From Chiloscyllium plagiosum (Eukaryota), in assembly GCF_004010195.1 (NCBI RefSeq), contig NC_057718.1, positions 30,042,102-30,106,101 on the forward strand: a stretch of 64,000 nt of DNA, written 5' to 3'. The translations under genes and the position numbers were made by a program. Positions 46,489 to 58,876 of this stretch are shown piece after piece (position 1 is the first letter of the stretch; each line of letters begins with the position of its first letter). The notes under the pieces were generated by a model. The model worked only from the letters and a program-made list of their open reading frames with translations. It did not search any database and had not been told where the DNA came from.

Positions 46489-48669
46489 TTCTTAAACCAC
46501 ATACCTGCGAAGGTAAAGTTTACTCGCATAGGCCAGGAGCAGCATTTAAAAAGGTTACAATATTAAGAGATACAGGATCCTCTCAATCTTTTGATACTGA
46601 AAGAGGAGGAGACATGTACCTCTGAAGGACTATTGCCAGAAAAGGTGTTAGTAACGAGAATTCACAGTGAGACAAGAAGTGCTCAATTACGTAGGCTGAG
46701 GTTAGAGTGTGCAACGAAGAGTGGAGAAGCCACGGTTGGAGTACTGGTCACATTCTCAGCTCTAGGAACGTAATTTGTCCTTGCTAATGATATAGCTAGT
46801 TCATAGCTAGGAGTGCTGCCTACTGTGGTTGAAAAACCAGTGGAAACTCAGGCAACTGAACCCATGCAGGGCGCATATCCTGGGGTTTTTCCTGACTGTG
46901 TGGTAATGAGGTTACAAAGTCACCAGTTGAAACAGGACACATGAAAGAGTACAGATAAGAAAGATGAAATGGAATTAGCAGAGACCCTGTTCAGTCAAAT
47001 GGTTGACAGAAAACAGGAGCAAATGGAAGACAAAGTAGACACCTTTAACTTAGATAATTTAACTAAGTTACAGCAGAAAGATGGAAATTTAGAGCAATTA
47101 AATCAAAAGGCATACACAGAGGAGGAACCTAGATATATTCCGGTGGGCTACTGTCTTAAAAATGATGTTTTAATAAGGAAATGGAGATCATCACATATTC
47201 AGGCAGATGAGAAATGGTCAGAAGTTAATTTAGTTATATTGCCAGTGGGTTATAGAAAGGAGGTGTCGCAGGTGGCACATGAACCATCAGTCATTTGGGG
47301 TGAGAAAAACGCAAGCTAAAATACAAGAACATTTTTACTGGTCTGGACTGCACAAGGATTTAGTTGAATTTTGCAAGACATGTCATACATGTCAGGTAAT
47401 TGGAAAACCACAGGCTGTAATGAAACCTGCATTTGAGGAATCTTTTACAAGAGTCTTAATTGATTCTGTAGGATCCCTACCTAAAATAAAAAGTGGGAAT
47501 CACTATTTGTTAACAATAATAAATGTGTCCACTAGATTTCCAGAGACCATTCCATTATGTAATATCACAGCTAAAAGGATTTTAGAGGAGTAACTCAACT
47601 TTTCCATTAGTTATGGACTACCCACAGAAATGCAATCATATCAAGGGTTAAACTTCACATCAAAGTTATTCAAGAAATCTATGGACAGTTTAGGAATAAA
47701 ACAATTCAAACTACTGCATACCATCCAGAGTCGCAGGGAGCGCGAGAAAGGTGGCATCAGACATTAAAGACCATGTTGAGGCCTTATAGTCAAGACTATC
47801 CAGATGATTGGGATAAATGAATTCCATTTGTACTTTTTGCCATTAGAAATGTGCCAAATGACTCAACCAAATTCTGTCAATTTGAATTTGTTTTTGGGCA
47901 TGAAGTGAGGACTGCTAAAATTGATTAAGGAGAAATTGATGAGTCAGAATTCAGAGACCACATATTTGGACTATGTGTCAGATTTTAAGGTATGATTAAA
48001 TGGAGCAGGGGAGTTGATGAGACAGTATCTAAAAGTATCACAGCATACAATGAAACAGGAAGCAGACAAAAAAAACAAAAACGTGCAATTTTGCTGTCGA
48101 AGATAAGGTTATTTCCAGTGGTAGGTGAACCTTTAAAAGCAAACTATAGCGGACCTTATCAAGTCAAAAGGACATCGAGTAAGGTGCACTAAATAATAAG
48201 GACTCCAGACAGAAAGAAGTCTCAGTGTGTGTCATGTGAATATGCTCAAAAGATATTTAGACTGGGATGGAAAGTAAAGGAAACTGTTATTGGTTACAAC
48301 ACAAAGTGAAGAACCAAGTTCAGAGGATTCTGAACTGGACATTCCTCAAATTAAATTTGGCAATGAGGAAGCTCAAAAATTGGGATAAAATATTGAGTTA
48401 CCCTCCAGAGGAAAATTGAATGATCTGAAAGAGTTATTACTATCACATGGGGAAATATGTGGAAATAAGCTGGGAAGTACGAACCTAATTATGCCATGAT
48501 GTAGATATAGGGGATGTTATTCCGATTAAGCAATATTCTTCAAAGCATAACCCTCTCAAGTTGGCACAGGTTCAAAAGGAGATTGAACGCATGCTCCAAG
48601 ACGACATGATTGAAGTGAGTTACAGTGATCGGAAGTCACCATAGTAATGGTGCCAAAACCGGATGGTTA

Positions 48670-49832
48670 TGTGTGGACACCAAAATTGGAGGTGTAGTTG
48701 TCAATGAAGAAGGTTACCTCAGATTACAATGGGATCTTGATCAGATGGGCCAATGGACTGAGAAGTGACAGATGGAGTTTAATTTAGATAAATGCGAAAT
48801 GCTGCATTTTGGGAAAGCAAATCTTAGCAGGATTTATACACTTAATGGTAAGGTCCGAGGGAGTGTTGCTGAACACTGGGTGGCATGGTGGAACAGTGGT
48901 TAGTACTGCTGCCTCATAGCACTAGGGTCGATTCCAGCCTCAGGTGACTGTGTGGAGTTTGCACATCTTCCCCGTGTCTGTGTGGGGGTGCTCTGGTTTC
49001 CTCCCACAGTCCAAAGATGTGCAGGTCAGGTGAATTGGCCATGCTAAATTGCCCATAGTGTTAGGTTGGAGGGAAATGGGTTTGGATGGGGTACGCTTCG
49101 GAGGTTCGGTGTGGACTGGTTGGATCGAAGGGACTGTTTCCACACTGTAGCGAATCTAATCTAATCTAAAGAGACCTTGAAGTACAGGTTCATGGCTCCT
49201 TGAAAGTAGAGTCGCAGGTAGATTGGATAGTGAAGACGGTGTTTGGTATGCTTTCCTTTATTGTTCAGAGTATTGATTACAGGAGTTGGGAGGTCATGTT
49301 GCGGCTGTACAGGACATTGGTTATACCACTTTTGGAACTTGTGTGCAATTCTGGTCTCCTTCCTATCGGAAAGATGTTGCAAAACTTGAAAGGATTCAGA
49401 AAAGATTTACAAGGATGTTGCCAGGGTTGGAGGATTTGAGCTATAGGGAGAGTTGAATAAGCTGGGGCTATTTTCCCTGGAGTGTCAGAGGCTGAGGAGT
49501 GACGTTATAGAGGTTAATAAAATCATGAGGCTTATGGATAGGATAAATAGACAAAGTCTCTTCCTTGAGATGGGGGAGTCCAGAACTAGAGGGCATTGGT
49601 TTAGGGTGAGAGGGGAAAGATATAAAATAAACCTAAGGGGTAACTTTTTCACGCAGAGGGTGGTGGAGGAGGCTAGTACCATTGCAATATGGGTATATGA
49701 ATAGGAAGGGTTTGGAGTGATATGGGCCGGGTGCTGGCAGGTTGGACTAGATTGGGCTGGGATATCTGGTCGGTATGGATGAGTTGGACCGAAGGGTCTG
49801 TTTCCTTGCTGTACATCTCTATCACTCTATGA
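48670..49832 (+). mobile_element. CR1 3' fragment inserted in the Gmr1-like RT
   Basis: DTKIGGVV, QMEFNLDKCE and EVMLRLYRTLV, with a ctctat tail. Confidence 0.88.
48878..49168 (+). mobile_element. HE1-like V-SINE nested in CR1
   Basis: Homologous to 33415-33723, with a (taatc)n tail. Confidence 0.85.
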
Positions 49833-51040
49833 TTGTCCCAAAGTTAGTACAGTTACGAAGACTGATGCATATCCGAATTCACGTTTGGAAGACTGTTTTG
49901 AAATGTTGGGCCAAGCAACGTATATTTCGAAGTTAGACTTGTTCAAAGGATATTGGCAGATATCTTTGTCCAATGACCATTTCAGCTTTCGTAATGTTGA
50001 ATGCACTGTATCAATTTAAAGTTATGCCATTTGGCATGAAAAATGCACCAGCTACATTTCAGAGACTAACCAGTAAGGTCATTGTCAGATTACCCAATTG
50101 TGTATATAGATGACCTGGTGATTTTTAGTCACACATGGACGGAACATTTGCAACATTTATCAGAATTGTTTGATTGACTTTGGAAGAGCAGGCTTGGTGA
50201 TAAACCCGGCTAAAAGTGAATTTATCCATGCCCAAGTAACCTTCCTAGGCCATGGTATTGGACATGGACAGGTGGCCCCATGGAATGCAAAAGCAAGGGT
50301 GATTGGAGAGTTTCTTATACCATCACAAAAAGAGCAGCACTACGATTCCTGGGATTGAGTAGATTTTATTGAAAATTTGTACAATTTGTACTCCACTCAC
50401 TGAATTGCTAAAGGAAGGCAAGAAGTTTCAGTGGACAGTGGACTGTCATAAGGCATTTTTTAACCTGAAAGCTGTGTTAACCACTGCAACACCTAATTAT
50501 GTAAAGCCATTGAAGGTGGCTATTGATGCGAGTGATGTGGGTGTCAGTGCTGTGCTCTTACAGGAGAAGAGAGAAAGACCTATCAGGTATTTCTCCAGGA
50601 AATTGAACATTCATCAGAAATATTCAACTTTGAGCTTGGTGTTGCCACTACCACATTTCAAAGTTTATATTACCAGTAATGTATCTGAGACAATCATATA
50701 CACTGATCATAACCCAATGAAATTTGTGGAGAAATTTAAGGACAAAAATTCCAGACTGTTTAGATGGCACTTGTTGTTACAGCCATTCAATTTGAAAATT
50801 ATGCATGTGGCAGGATGTGAAAACGTGATTGCCAATGCATTGTCGAGACTTGAATGAGAAATGGAGGTGTTCGGTAGCGAGAGTAAAACAGATTGAAGCA
50901 GAATGTAGTAATGCATGTTTGTGTGATATTGTCAACGTAATGTCCATATATGTTGTAGTGTACTAACAGTTTAAGATTAAGGGGGTTTTGAAATGAAGCC
51001 ATCTTTGAATATTGATGGTTCATATTTTTAAGGGGGCAGG

Positions 51041-51723
51041 TGTGACGATGCTGCTCCTTTAACAAGGTCATGTTGTCCTTAGTTTTATTTTTCAAAAGTA
51101 TTGTACGAGGCAGAGTTGCCGAGATGTCTGATTTGGATGGGTTTTTGGGCCAATTTGATTATAGCTAACACATACTGCCTCAGACCAAAGGATTTCAAGT
51201 TTAAGAAAACACTTGTACAATGAAAAGAAAGTGTCCAGCTCTCTCAGCTCAGCTTTTCTCTGGTTTGGTTTGATTTGGTTTGGTTTGGTTTTAGCAGTCT
51301 GTTCAGAGCAAGCAGTTAATTTTTTGGGGGCTGCTGGTCAACGAAACAGCGACATGGAAGAAGTTCCATGCTGAATCTCTTTGCTATCTCTATCTCATGT
51401 AAGACCCTGGGGTGTATGATTTTTTACCTTTTTTGCCAAGGAATGTTAATGAGGATTGTTGCAGGAATTTGGAAAAGCAATATTACATTGGGATAGTCTG
51501 TTGGATTTTTGGATAGATTAAGTTATTCTATATTCTATTCTCTTTTGTTTGTGTTTCATTCAGTAATCTCACAAGTAAATTTTGTTTTGTTTAAAACTAA
51601 GTGGTTGGGCCAGCTGCATCATCCAGGAATATCTACCCCACACCTGCTTAAAACGACTAGCAAAGTTAGGATCTGGGCTACTTCCTTGAAATGTTTTGAG
51701 GGGGCCTGGCCTGGTCCATAACA
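51041..51723 (+). repeat. Gmr1-like 3' LTR
   Basis: TGT...ACA ends, preceded by a purine tract. Direct repeat of 39163-39813. Confidence 0.9.
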
Positions 51724-52439
51724 GGGACCTTAGCATCCCTTAGAGAGCTTCATAGCAGCAAAGCACAGGAGAAGGAAAACTGCTCCTTTTTATGGCAATA
51801 GATTCCATATGATGTGTTTAAAACTCCACTATGAATCTTAGTTTGTATGTAGGATATGTTGAGGCATGTGGCTACGTAAGAGGGGCAGCAGTGCTTGGGG
51901 TGGGAAGAAGTTTGGGTGGTAGCTGTGTGAATTCATGGGTCAACAGGTAAGTTGGTGAGTGGGTGAGGGGATGGGAAGGCAGGTGGATGAAATTGTTGGG
52001 GTATAGGGTGTTTACTGTGTTGGATAATGGATGGGTGAAAGCAATAGTTGGGTGAACTGTATGTGGTAGCAAGTTGGTTAGGGGATGGGTGGGATGACGT
52101 GTAAGATGGTAGCTGAACAGTGTGGTAAGCAGGTGAGTTGTTAGGTGTCTCGGGTGACAAGCAGATGAGATGGTCAATGAGTAAGTTGTCAGCAGGCTAA
52201 ACTGGCAAACGGATAGCATGCTAGCTAAGAGATCTGGCAAATGGGTAGAGTGATAGATGAAAGGGATGCTAAATATGCAGTTACGTATGTGTACATATGG
52301 GTAGTAAGTGGGTGAGGTTGTGGGAAGATAGTGACAGGTGAGTGAAGTGCTAGTTTGGAGGACTGGGTGTGGTTCAGGTGGCAAGGGGGTGATATGAAAG
52401 GTATGTAGGGTGGTGAGTGCACTTCTAACCTCACCTCTT

Positions 52440-55400
52440 CCCTCCCACACAAATAGTAGGATTCCCTTCTCCTCACTTTGCACCCCACCAATCTCTGCAT
52501 TCAAACAATTATCCTCCACTATTTCTGCCACCTCCAGCATGATATCATCATTAAACATATTTTCTGTTCCCATTCATTGTCAGCCTACCACAGGAGTCAT
52601 TTTATTCATTACATACATGTCCACCTGCCTCCCGCCCCTCCCCACCCCCACCACCCCCAAGCCATCTTATCATGCAGTTAGAGAAGGTGTAACACTTGCC
52701 CTTTTACTTCCTCCCTCCCCAATGACAATCACCTTCAAACACAGCTTGTAGGCAAAGCTGTGGCTAACTTGCACTTCTTCAACTGTATTAATTACACATA
52801 ATGTGGTCTCTTTTGCCTTGAGAGAAAGTGAGGACTGGCGATCAGAGTCGAGAGTGTGATGCTGGAAAAGGACAGCAGGTCAGGCAGCATCCAAGGAGCA
52901 GGAGAATCAATGTTTTGGGCTTAAGCCCTTCACCTTAATATCCTGGGTGGGAAATCTTTTGGTACTATTTGGGTGGGTTTAAACTAGCTCAGCAGGGGAT
53001 GGGAACCTGAGGTGTAGTTGCAGTGCAGAGGGGAATGAGAGTAGGGAGGACAAGGACAGGATTTCAGATTCACAGGAATGTGCTGGCAGACAGCAACCTG
53101 GTTTGAATTGTGTCTATTTCAATGCCAGAAGTATCTAAAATAAGGTAGGTGAGCTTGCAGCATGGATAGGTACCTGGGACTTTGATGTTGTGACCATTTC
53201 AGAGTCATGGATAGAGCAGGGTGAGGAATGGATGTTGCAGGATCCAGGGTTTAGATTAAGACCAGGCAAGACGGTAAAAGAGGGGGAGGTGTGGCCTTGT
53301 TAGTCAAGGATAATATATCAGTGGCTGAAAGAACTTTTGACGAGGACTCATCTATGAGCTGGTGTGGGCTGAGGTTAGAAACAGGAGAGGAGAGGTCACA
53401 CTGCTTGGAGTTTTTTATAGGCCTCTGCAGAGTTCTAGGGAGGTGGAAGAGAGGATTGGCAAAATTATTCTGAACAGGGTGATCATTATGGGGGACTTTA
53501 ACTTCCCCAACATTGACTGGAAATGCTATAACTCTAGTATGTCGGATGGATCAGTTTTGACCAATGTGTACAGGAGGGTTTCCTGACACAGTATGTCAAA
53601 GGACCGACAAGAGGGGAGGCCACACTGGATCTGGTGCTTTGTAATGAACCTGGCCAGGTGTTTGATTTAGTTGTAGGTGAGCACTTTGGAGAGAGTGATT
53701 AGAATTCAGTTATGTTTAGTTTAGTGATGGAAAGGGATAGGTACATGCGACAGGTCAAGAGTTACTGATGGGGCAAAGGCAATTATAATGCGATTAGGCA
53801 AGAATTAGGATGCATCGAATGGAGTAGCAAAATGCAAGGGATGCAGACAATGGAAATGTGGAGTAGGTTTAAGGAACAGATATTGAGTGTCCTTGATAGG
53901 TATGTCCCTGTCAGGCAGGGAGGAAGCAATAAGGTAAGGGAACTGTGGTTTTCTACAGAAATTACATCTCTTGTTAAGCAGAAGAAGGAGGCTTATGTGT
54001 TGATGAGGCAAGATGGTTCAGATGAGGCAATAGAGAGTTACAGATCAGCTAGAAAGGATTTAAAGAGAGAGTTAAGAAGAGCAAAGAGAGGACACGAGCA
54101 GTCTTTAGCAAATAGACTAAAGGAGAACCCTAAAGCTTTCTATAGGTATGTGAGGAATAAGAGGATGACTAGAGTAGGAATAGGGCCAGTCAAAGACAGA
54201 AAGACAACGGAAGTTGAGTGTGGACCCTGTGGAGATTGGAGAGCTGCTGAACGAACATTTCTCATCGGTTTTCACTCAGGAAAAGGAGAATATTGTGGAG
54301 GAGAAGAATGAGGTACGAGATATTAGGCTAGAAAGGATCGAGGTTAGTTACGAACAGGTGTGAACAATTCTAGAAGTAATGAAAGTAGACAAGTCCCCTG
54401 GGCCGGATGGGATCTATCCGAGGATTCTTTGGGAAGCTAGGGAGGAGATAGCAGAGCCTTTGACTTTGATATTTGAGTCATCATTGTCTGCAGGTTTAGT
54501 ACCAGAGGACTGGAGGATTGCAAATGTTGTGCCCTTGTTCAAGAAGGGCAGCAGAGATGATCCAGGTAATTAAATACCAGTGAGCCTTATTTCTTTTGTA
54601 GGAAAGGTTTTGGAAAGGATTATAAGAGATGAGATTTATAATCATCTAGTAAGCAACAACTTGATTTCAGATAGTCAACATGGTTTCATCAAGGGCAGGT
54701 CGTGTCTCACAAACCTCATTGAGTTTTTTGAGAAGGTGACCAAGCATGTCAATGAAGGTAGGGCACTTGACATGGTATACATGGACTTCAGTAAAACCTT
54801 TGATAAGGTTCTACATAGTAGGATGTTGGAGAAAATGCAGAGGCATGGGATTGAGGGTAATTTAGCCGTTTGGATTAGAAACTAGCTTTCTGAAAGAAAG
54901 CAGTGAGTGATGGTTGATGGAAAATATTCAGCCTGGAGTCCGGTTACTAGTGGTGTGGCACAAGAATCTGTTTTGGGACCACTACTCTTTGTCATTTTTA
55001 TAAATGATTTTGATGCAGGCATAGGTGGATGGATTAGTAAATTTGCAGATGACACTAAAGTTGGTGGAGTAGTGGACAGTTTAGAAGAATGTTACAGATT
55101 GCAGGGTGACATGGATAAGCTGCAGGATTGGGCTGAGAAGTGGCAAATGGATTTCAATGCAGCTAAATGTGAGGTGATGCACTTTGGGAAGAATAACAGG
55201 AAGACAGAGTACTGGGTCAATGGAAAGACTCTTAGTAGTGTGGATGTGCAGAGGGATCTTGGAGTCCATGTACATAGATCCCTGAAAGTTGCCAACCAGG
55301 TTGATAGTGCCGTTAAGAAGGCATACAATGTGTTAGGTTTGAGTTCCGGAGCCACAATATTATGCTGCAACTATACAAAACATTAATGTGGCCACACTTG

Positions 55401-56600
55401 GAATATTGTGTACAGTTCTGGTCGCCATATTTCGGGAAGGATGTGGAAGCATTGGAAAAAGTGCAGAGGAGATTTACGAGGATGTTGCCTGGTGTGGAGG
55501 GAAGGTCTTACAAGGAAAGGCTGAGAGACTTGGGTCTGGTCTCATTGGAAAGAAGAAGGTTAAGAGGGGATTTGATAGAGACATACAAGATCAGAGGATT
55601 AGATAGGGTAGACAGTGAAAGTCTTTTTCCTTGGATGATGATGTCAGCTTGTACGAGGGGGCATAACTACAAATTGAGGGGTGATAGATTTAAGACAAAT
55701 GTCAGAGGCAGGTTCTTTACTCAGAGAGTGGTAAGGGTGTGGAATGCCCTACCTGCCAATTTAGTTAACTCAATCACATTAGGGAGACTTAAACAATCCT
55801 TGGATGAGCACATGGATGATGATGGGATAGCTTAGGTGAATGAGCTGAGAATAGTTCATGGGTCGGCACAACATCGAGGGCCGAAGGGCCTGATCTGCGC
55901 TGTATCGTTCTATGTTCTATCATTCTTGGTTCTCCTGCTCCTCAGATACTGCCTGATCTGCTGTGCTTTTCCAGCACCATACTCTTAATCTCCTTTGTAT
56001 TGGCAAGACCACTTTGCAAAATATCTCTACTCTGTGAGAATGACCTTGATGTCCAGCTGCTTGTCATTTCAATAAACCACCTTGCTCCTATGCAAACATT
56101 TTGTCCTAGGCCTACTGCAGTGTTCCAACACAGTTCAACACAAGCTGCAGGATTTGCACCTAATTTTCCGTGTGGGTACTTTACAGCCTTCAGGACTAAG
56201 CGTTGTGTTCAACAACTTCAAACCATGACCTCTGTCCTCCATTTTGATTAACCCATTCCAGTATTCATTTTCATTTGGCTTTGCTCTAAGCTGAATGGAC
56301 TCTCTCTTTCTCTTTTTCAAAACTACCATTTTTACATCTCAATTTCTCTTTACTACCATTAACAATTCCCTTTTTTTCTTGCTCTGGGTGTTTTCTTATT
56401 GGTTCCATTTGTTCCTCCCTCCCTCTGTCAAACAACATAGAAACCAAAAATTTTCAGCTCCTTTCAGTTCTGAGTAAAGTCATCTGAGTCTCAAAACATT
56501 CACTGTGTTTCTCTGTCAACAGATGCTGACAGACCTGCTAAGTTCTCCAGCATTTTCTATTTTATTTCGGATTTCCAGCATCCACAATATCTTGCTTTTA
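52440..56600 (+). mobile_element. Old Penelope 3' half, split by younger pLTR and CR1 insertions
   Basis: Frameshifted RIP..LTLHPTNLCIQTIILHYFCHLQHD at 52458-52545. GIY-YIG-like remnants at 55990-56230 and a pLTR-like end at 56465-56600. Confidence 0.55.
52933..55920 (+). mobile_element. CR1 LINE with near-complete but decayed ORF2
   Basis: CVYFNARSI, GVFYRP, MGDFNFP, DKSPGPDG and FADDTK, with a ttctatg tail. Confidence 0.95.
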
Positions 56601-56744
56601 TTTAGAAATCGGAGGTAATGCACTGCTACGGATTAAGGAAATGCTAACAAATAGAAAACGGAGAGCAGGAATAAATGGGCTGTTCTTGTTTTGACAAACA
56701 GTGATTAGTGGAGTACCAGAAATAGAATCAATATGACCATTGGA

Positions 56745-57070
56745 ACACAGACAGACTTTAACCTCACGCCTTCAATGCATTATCTGAGCTGACATGGCAC
56801 CTATTGTTGAAGTTTGTTTGAGAATGTAACTTTTTAAAAGAGTTCTGGGATTTACATATGAAAGAACTGAAACCAACATGGTCATTCTAAAAGTTGAGGT
56901 CTTTTTCAATATATCATCCCATTGCATCACACCTAAAGTTTTGCTGTAAATATTCTGTGTCTTACGATCTTATACTCCACAACCAACTGATGAAGGAGCA
57001 GAACTCCAAAAGCTAGTGCTTCCAAATAAACTTGTTGGACTATAATTCTGGTGTTGTGTGATTTTTAACT
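56745..57070 (+). mobile_element. Penelope family B pLTR with a degenerate hammerhead motif
   Basis: Homologous to 62050-62400. Contains ctgatgaaggagcagaactccaaaagctagtg. Confidence 0.8.
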
Positions 57071-58081
57071 AAAAGAAGACCCCATTCATGTCCCAGTTTA
57101 AAATAATGAAAACCAGACTGCAGAACAAAACAACTTCAGACCTTCTGGAGCCTACAGTGGTGCAGAGCAATTCAACTTTTAATTAATGCTCAGGCACAGA
57201 AATACCAAACATTCCACACCATTGTGTTACATGTAAACTTGTTTTGCCTTTGGCTGTAAGAGCCTTCACACTACTCATCAAACTTAGAAAGAATATGGGA
57301 TACTGGACATTTCAAACTCTCAAAATACACCCCATCTGGTAATCAGGAGGCTTATTCAACCTTATGAGGAGGAATAATATCTCGGCAATTGAAACCAGAT
57401 TTGGCAGGAGATAAGGGGCCTATAGTTGGTACAACTGGGAGATCCCCAATCTCTTAAAAACAGAGGGAAAAAAACGAAGGCGCACTGAGACTAGCAATAT
57501 GATCCTCGCAACCACCGAATACTACCCACCATCCACAACCGATACTTGGACACGACTGAAAGCATCCAGACAGCTAAGACGTTGGCTGGAGCAGCACAAG
57601 CAACAACCACCACCACCCAGGGCAATGGGAAAAATCAGCACTCGTGGCCCACAGCAGATCCTAGCTATGGCAGGGGATTACAGATGAGAGTAAGCCAAGT
57701 CCACATTCTATTGCAGGGGTGAGCCTAAGGTCATCGAGACCCTCTGTCCAACACCGGCATCTCTAAATAGAGTCTGATTTGGGCTGGCTTGCTAACCCTG
57801 TGTCACAACAAAGGGTTATTGTGAAAACTAACAGTTCATGATGTAGAGCATCATGCATTGGTATAAATAGAAGAAGGGTTACACTCAAAATGTCGGCTTC
57901 TCCACCTCCTGATGCTGCCTGGTTTGCCATGTTCTTCTAGCCTCCTGCTTGTCGACCTTTGATTCCAGCATCTGCAGATATTTTTTGTCTCTAAATAGAA
58001 GAATGGCTAGCTAACAGGAAAACGATCAGGCATAAATTAATAATTTTCTAGTTGGTAAGGTGTAATAAATAATGCTAGCAG

Positions 58082-58280
58082 GAAGTGAGGACTGCAGATG
58101 CTGGAGATCAGAATTGAAAAGTGTGTTGCTGAAAAAGCATAGCCAGTCAGACAGCATCTGAGGACAGGAGAGCCAATGTTTCGAACATTCCTGATGAAGA
58201 ACTTATGCTCAAAACGTCGACTCTCCTGCTCCTTGGATGCTGCCTGACTAGCTTTGCTTTTCCAGCATGACACTTTTGAC
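58082..58280. mobile_element. Inverted-repeat Penelope pLTR derivative (family A)
   Basis: Minus copy abutting the plus copy attcctgatgaagaacttatgctcaaaacgtcgactc. Confidence 0.75.
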
Positions 58281-58341
58281 TGTAATAAATAATGCACCAT
58301 GAGGATCAGTGTTGGGGCCTTAACCTACTCCAATCTATATA

Positions 58342-58843
58342 TGGTTTGGAGATGCTGGTGTTAGACTGGTATGTACAAAGTTAAAAATCACACAACACCA
58401 GGTTATAGTCCAACAGGTTTATTTGGAAGCACCAGCTTTCAGAGCGCTGCTCCTTCATCAGGTGGTTATGGAGTATAAGATCATAGAACACAGAACTTAC
58501 AGCAAAAGTTTACAGTGTGATGTAACTGAAATTATATATCGAAAAAGACCTGGATTGTATGTTTAGTCTCTCATCTTTTAGAATGGGTATGTTGGTTTCA
58601 GTTCTTTCATATGTAAATCTCAACTTCCTAAAAGTAACGTTCTCAAGTGAACTTTAACAATAGGTACCATTTTGGCCAAAATAATGCACTGAAGGTGTGA
58701 GGTGCCCTGTGTGAGGCTGTCTGTGCCACAATGTTCAGACTGATTCTACTCTAAAAAAGGAGTTTACAGAATCTTACATGGATTCATGCAGTTTTTGAAT
58801 AAAATAAAATGCTATTCTGCAAGTACAAGTTCACCCGGCAAAC

Positions 58844-58876
<33 letters not shown>

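Larger units (their letters stand above)
39163..51723 (+). mobile_element. Gmr1-type Ty3/Gypsy LTR retrotransposon (PR-INT-RT-RH order), decayed, with nested insertions
   Basis: LTRs at 39163-39813 and 51041-51723, PPT aagggggcagg, flanks gaga/ggga. Motifs: CFHCNKVGH (about 45523), LRDTGS (about 46563), HFYWSGLHKD..CKTCHTCQ and YHPESQG (47280-47760), [18 protein letters not shown] (50020-50115) and IDASDVG..YTDHNP (50369-50857). Confidence 0.9.

Noticed and set aside
51872..52573. 233-aa His/Thr/Pro-rich minus-strand ORF
   Set aside because: It spans G/T-rich low-complexity DNA and the antisense strand of a Penelope remnant, with no recognisable domain.
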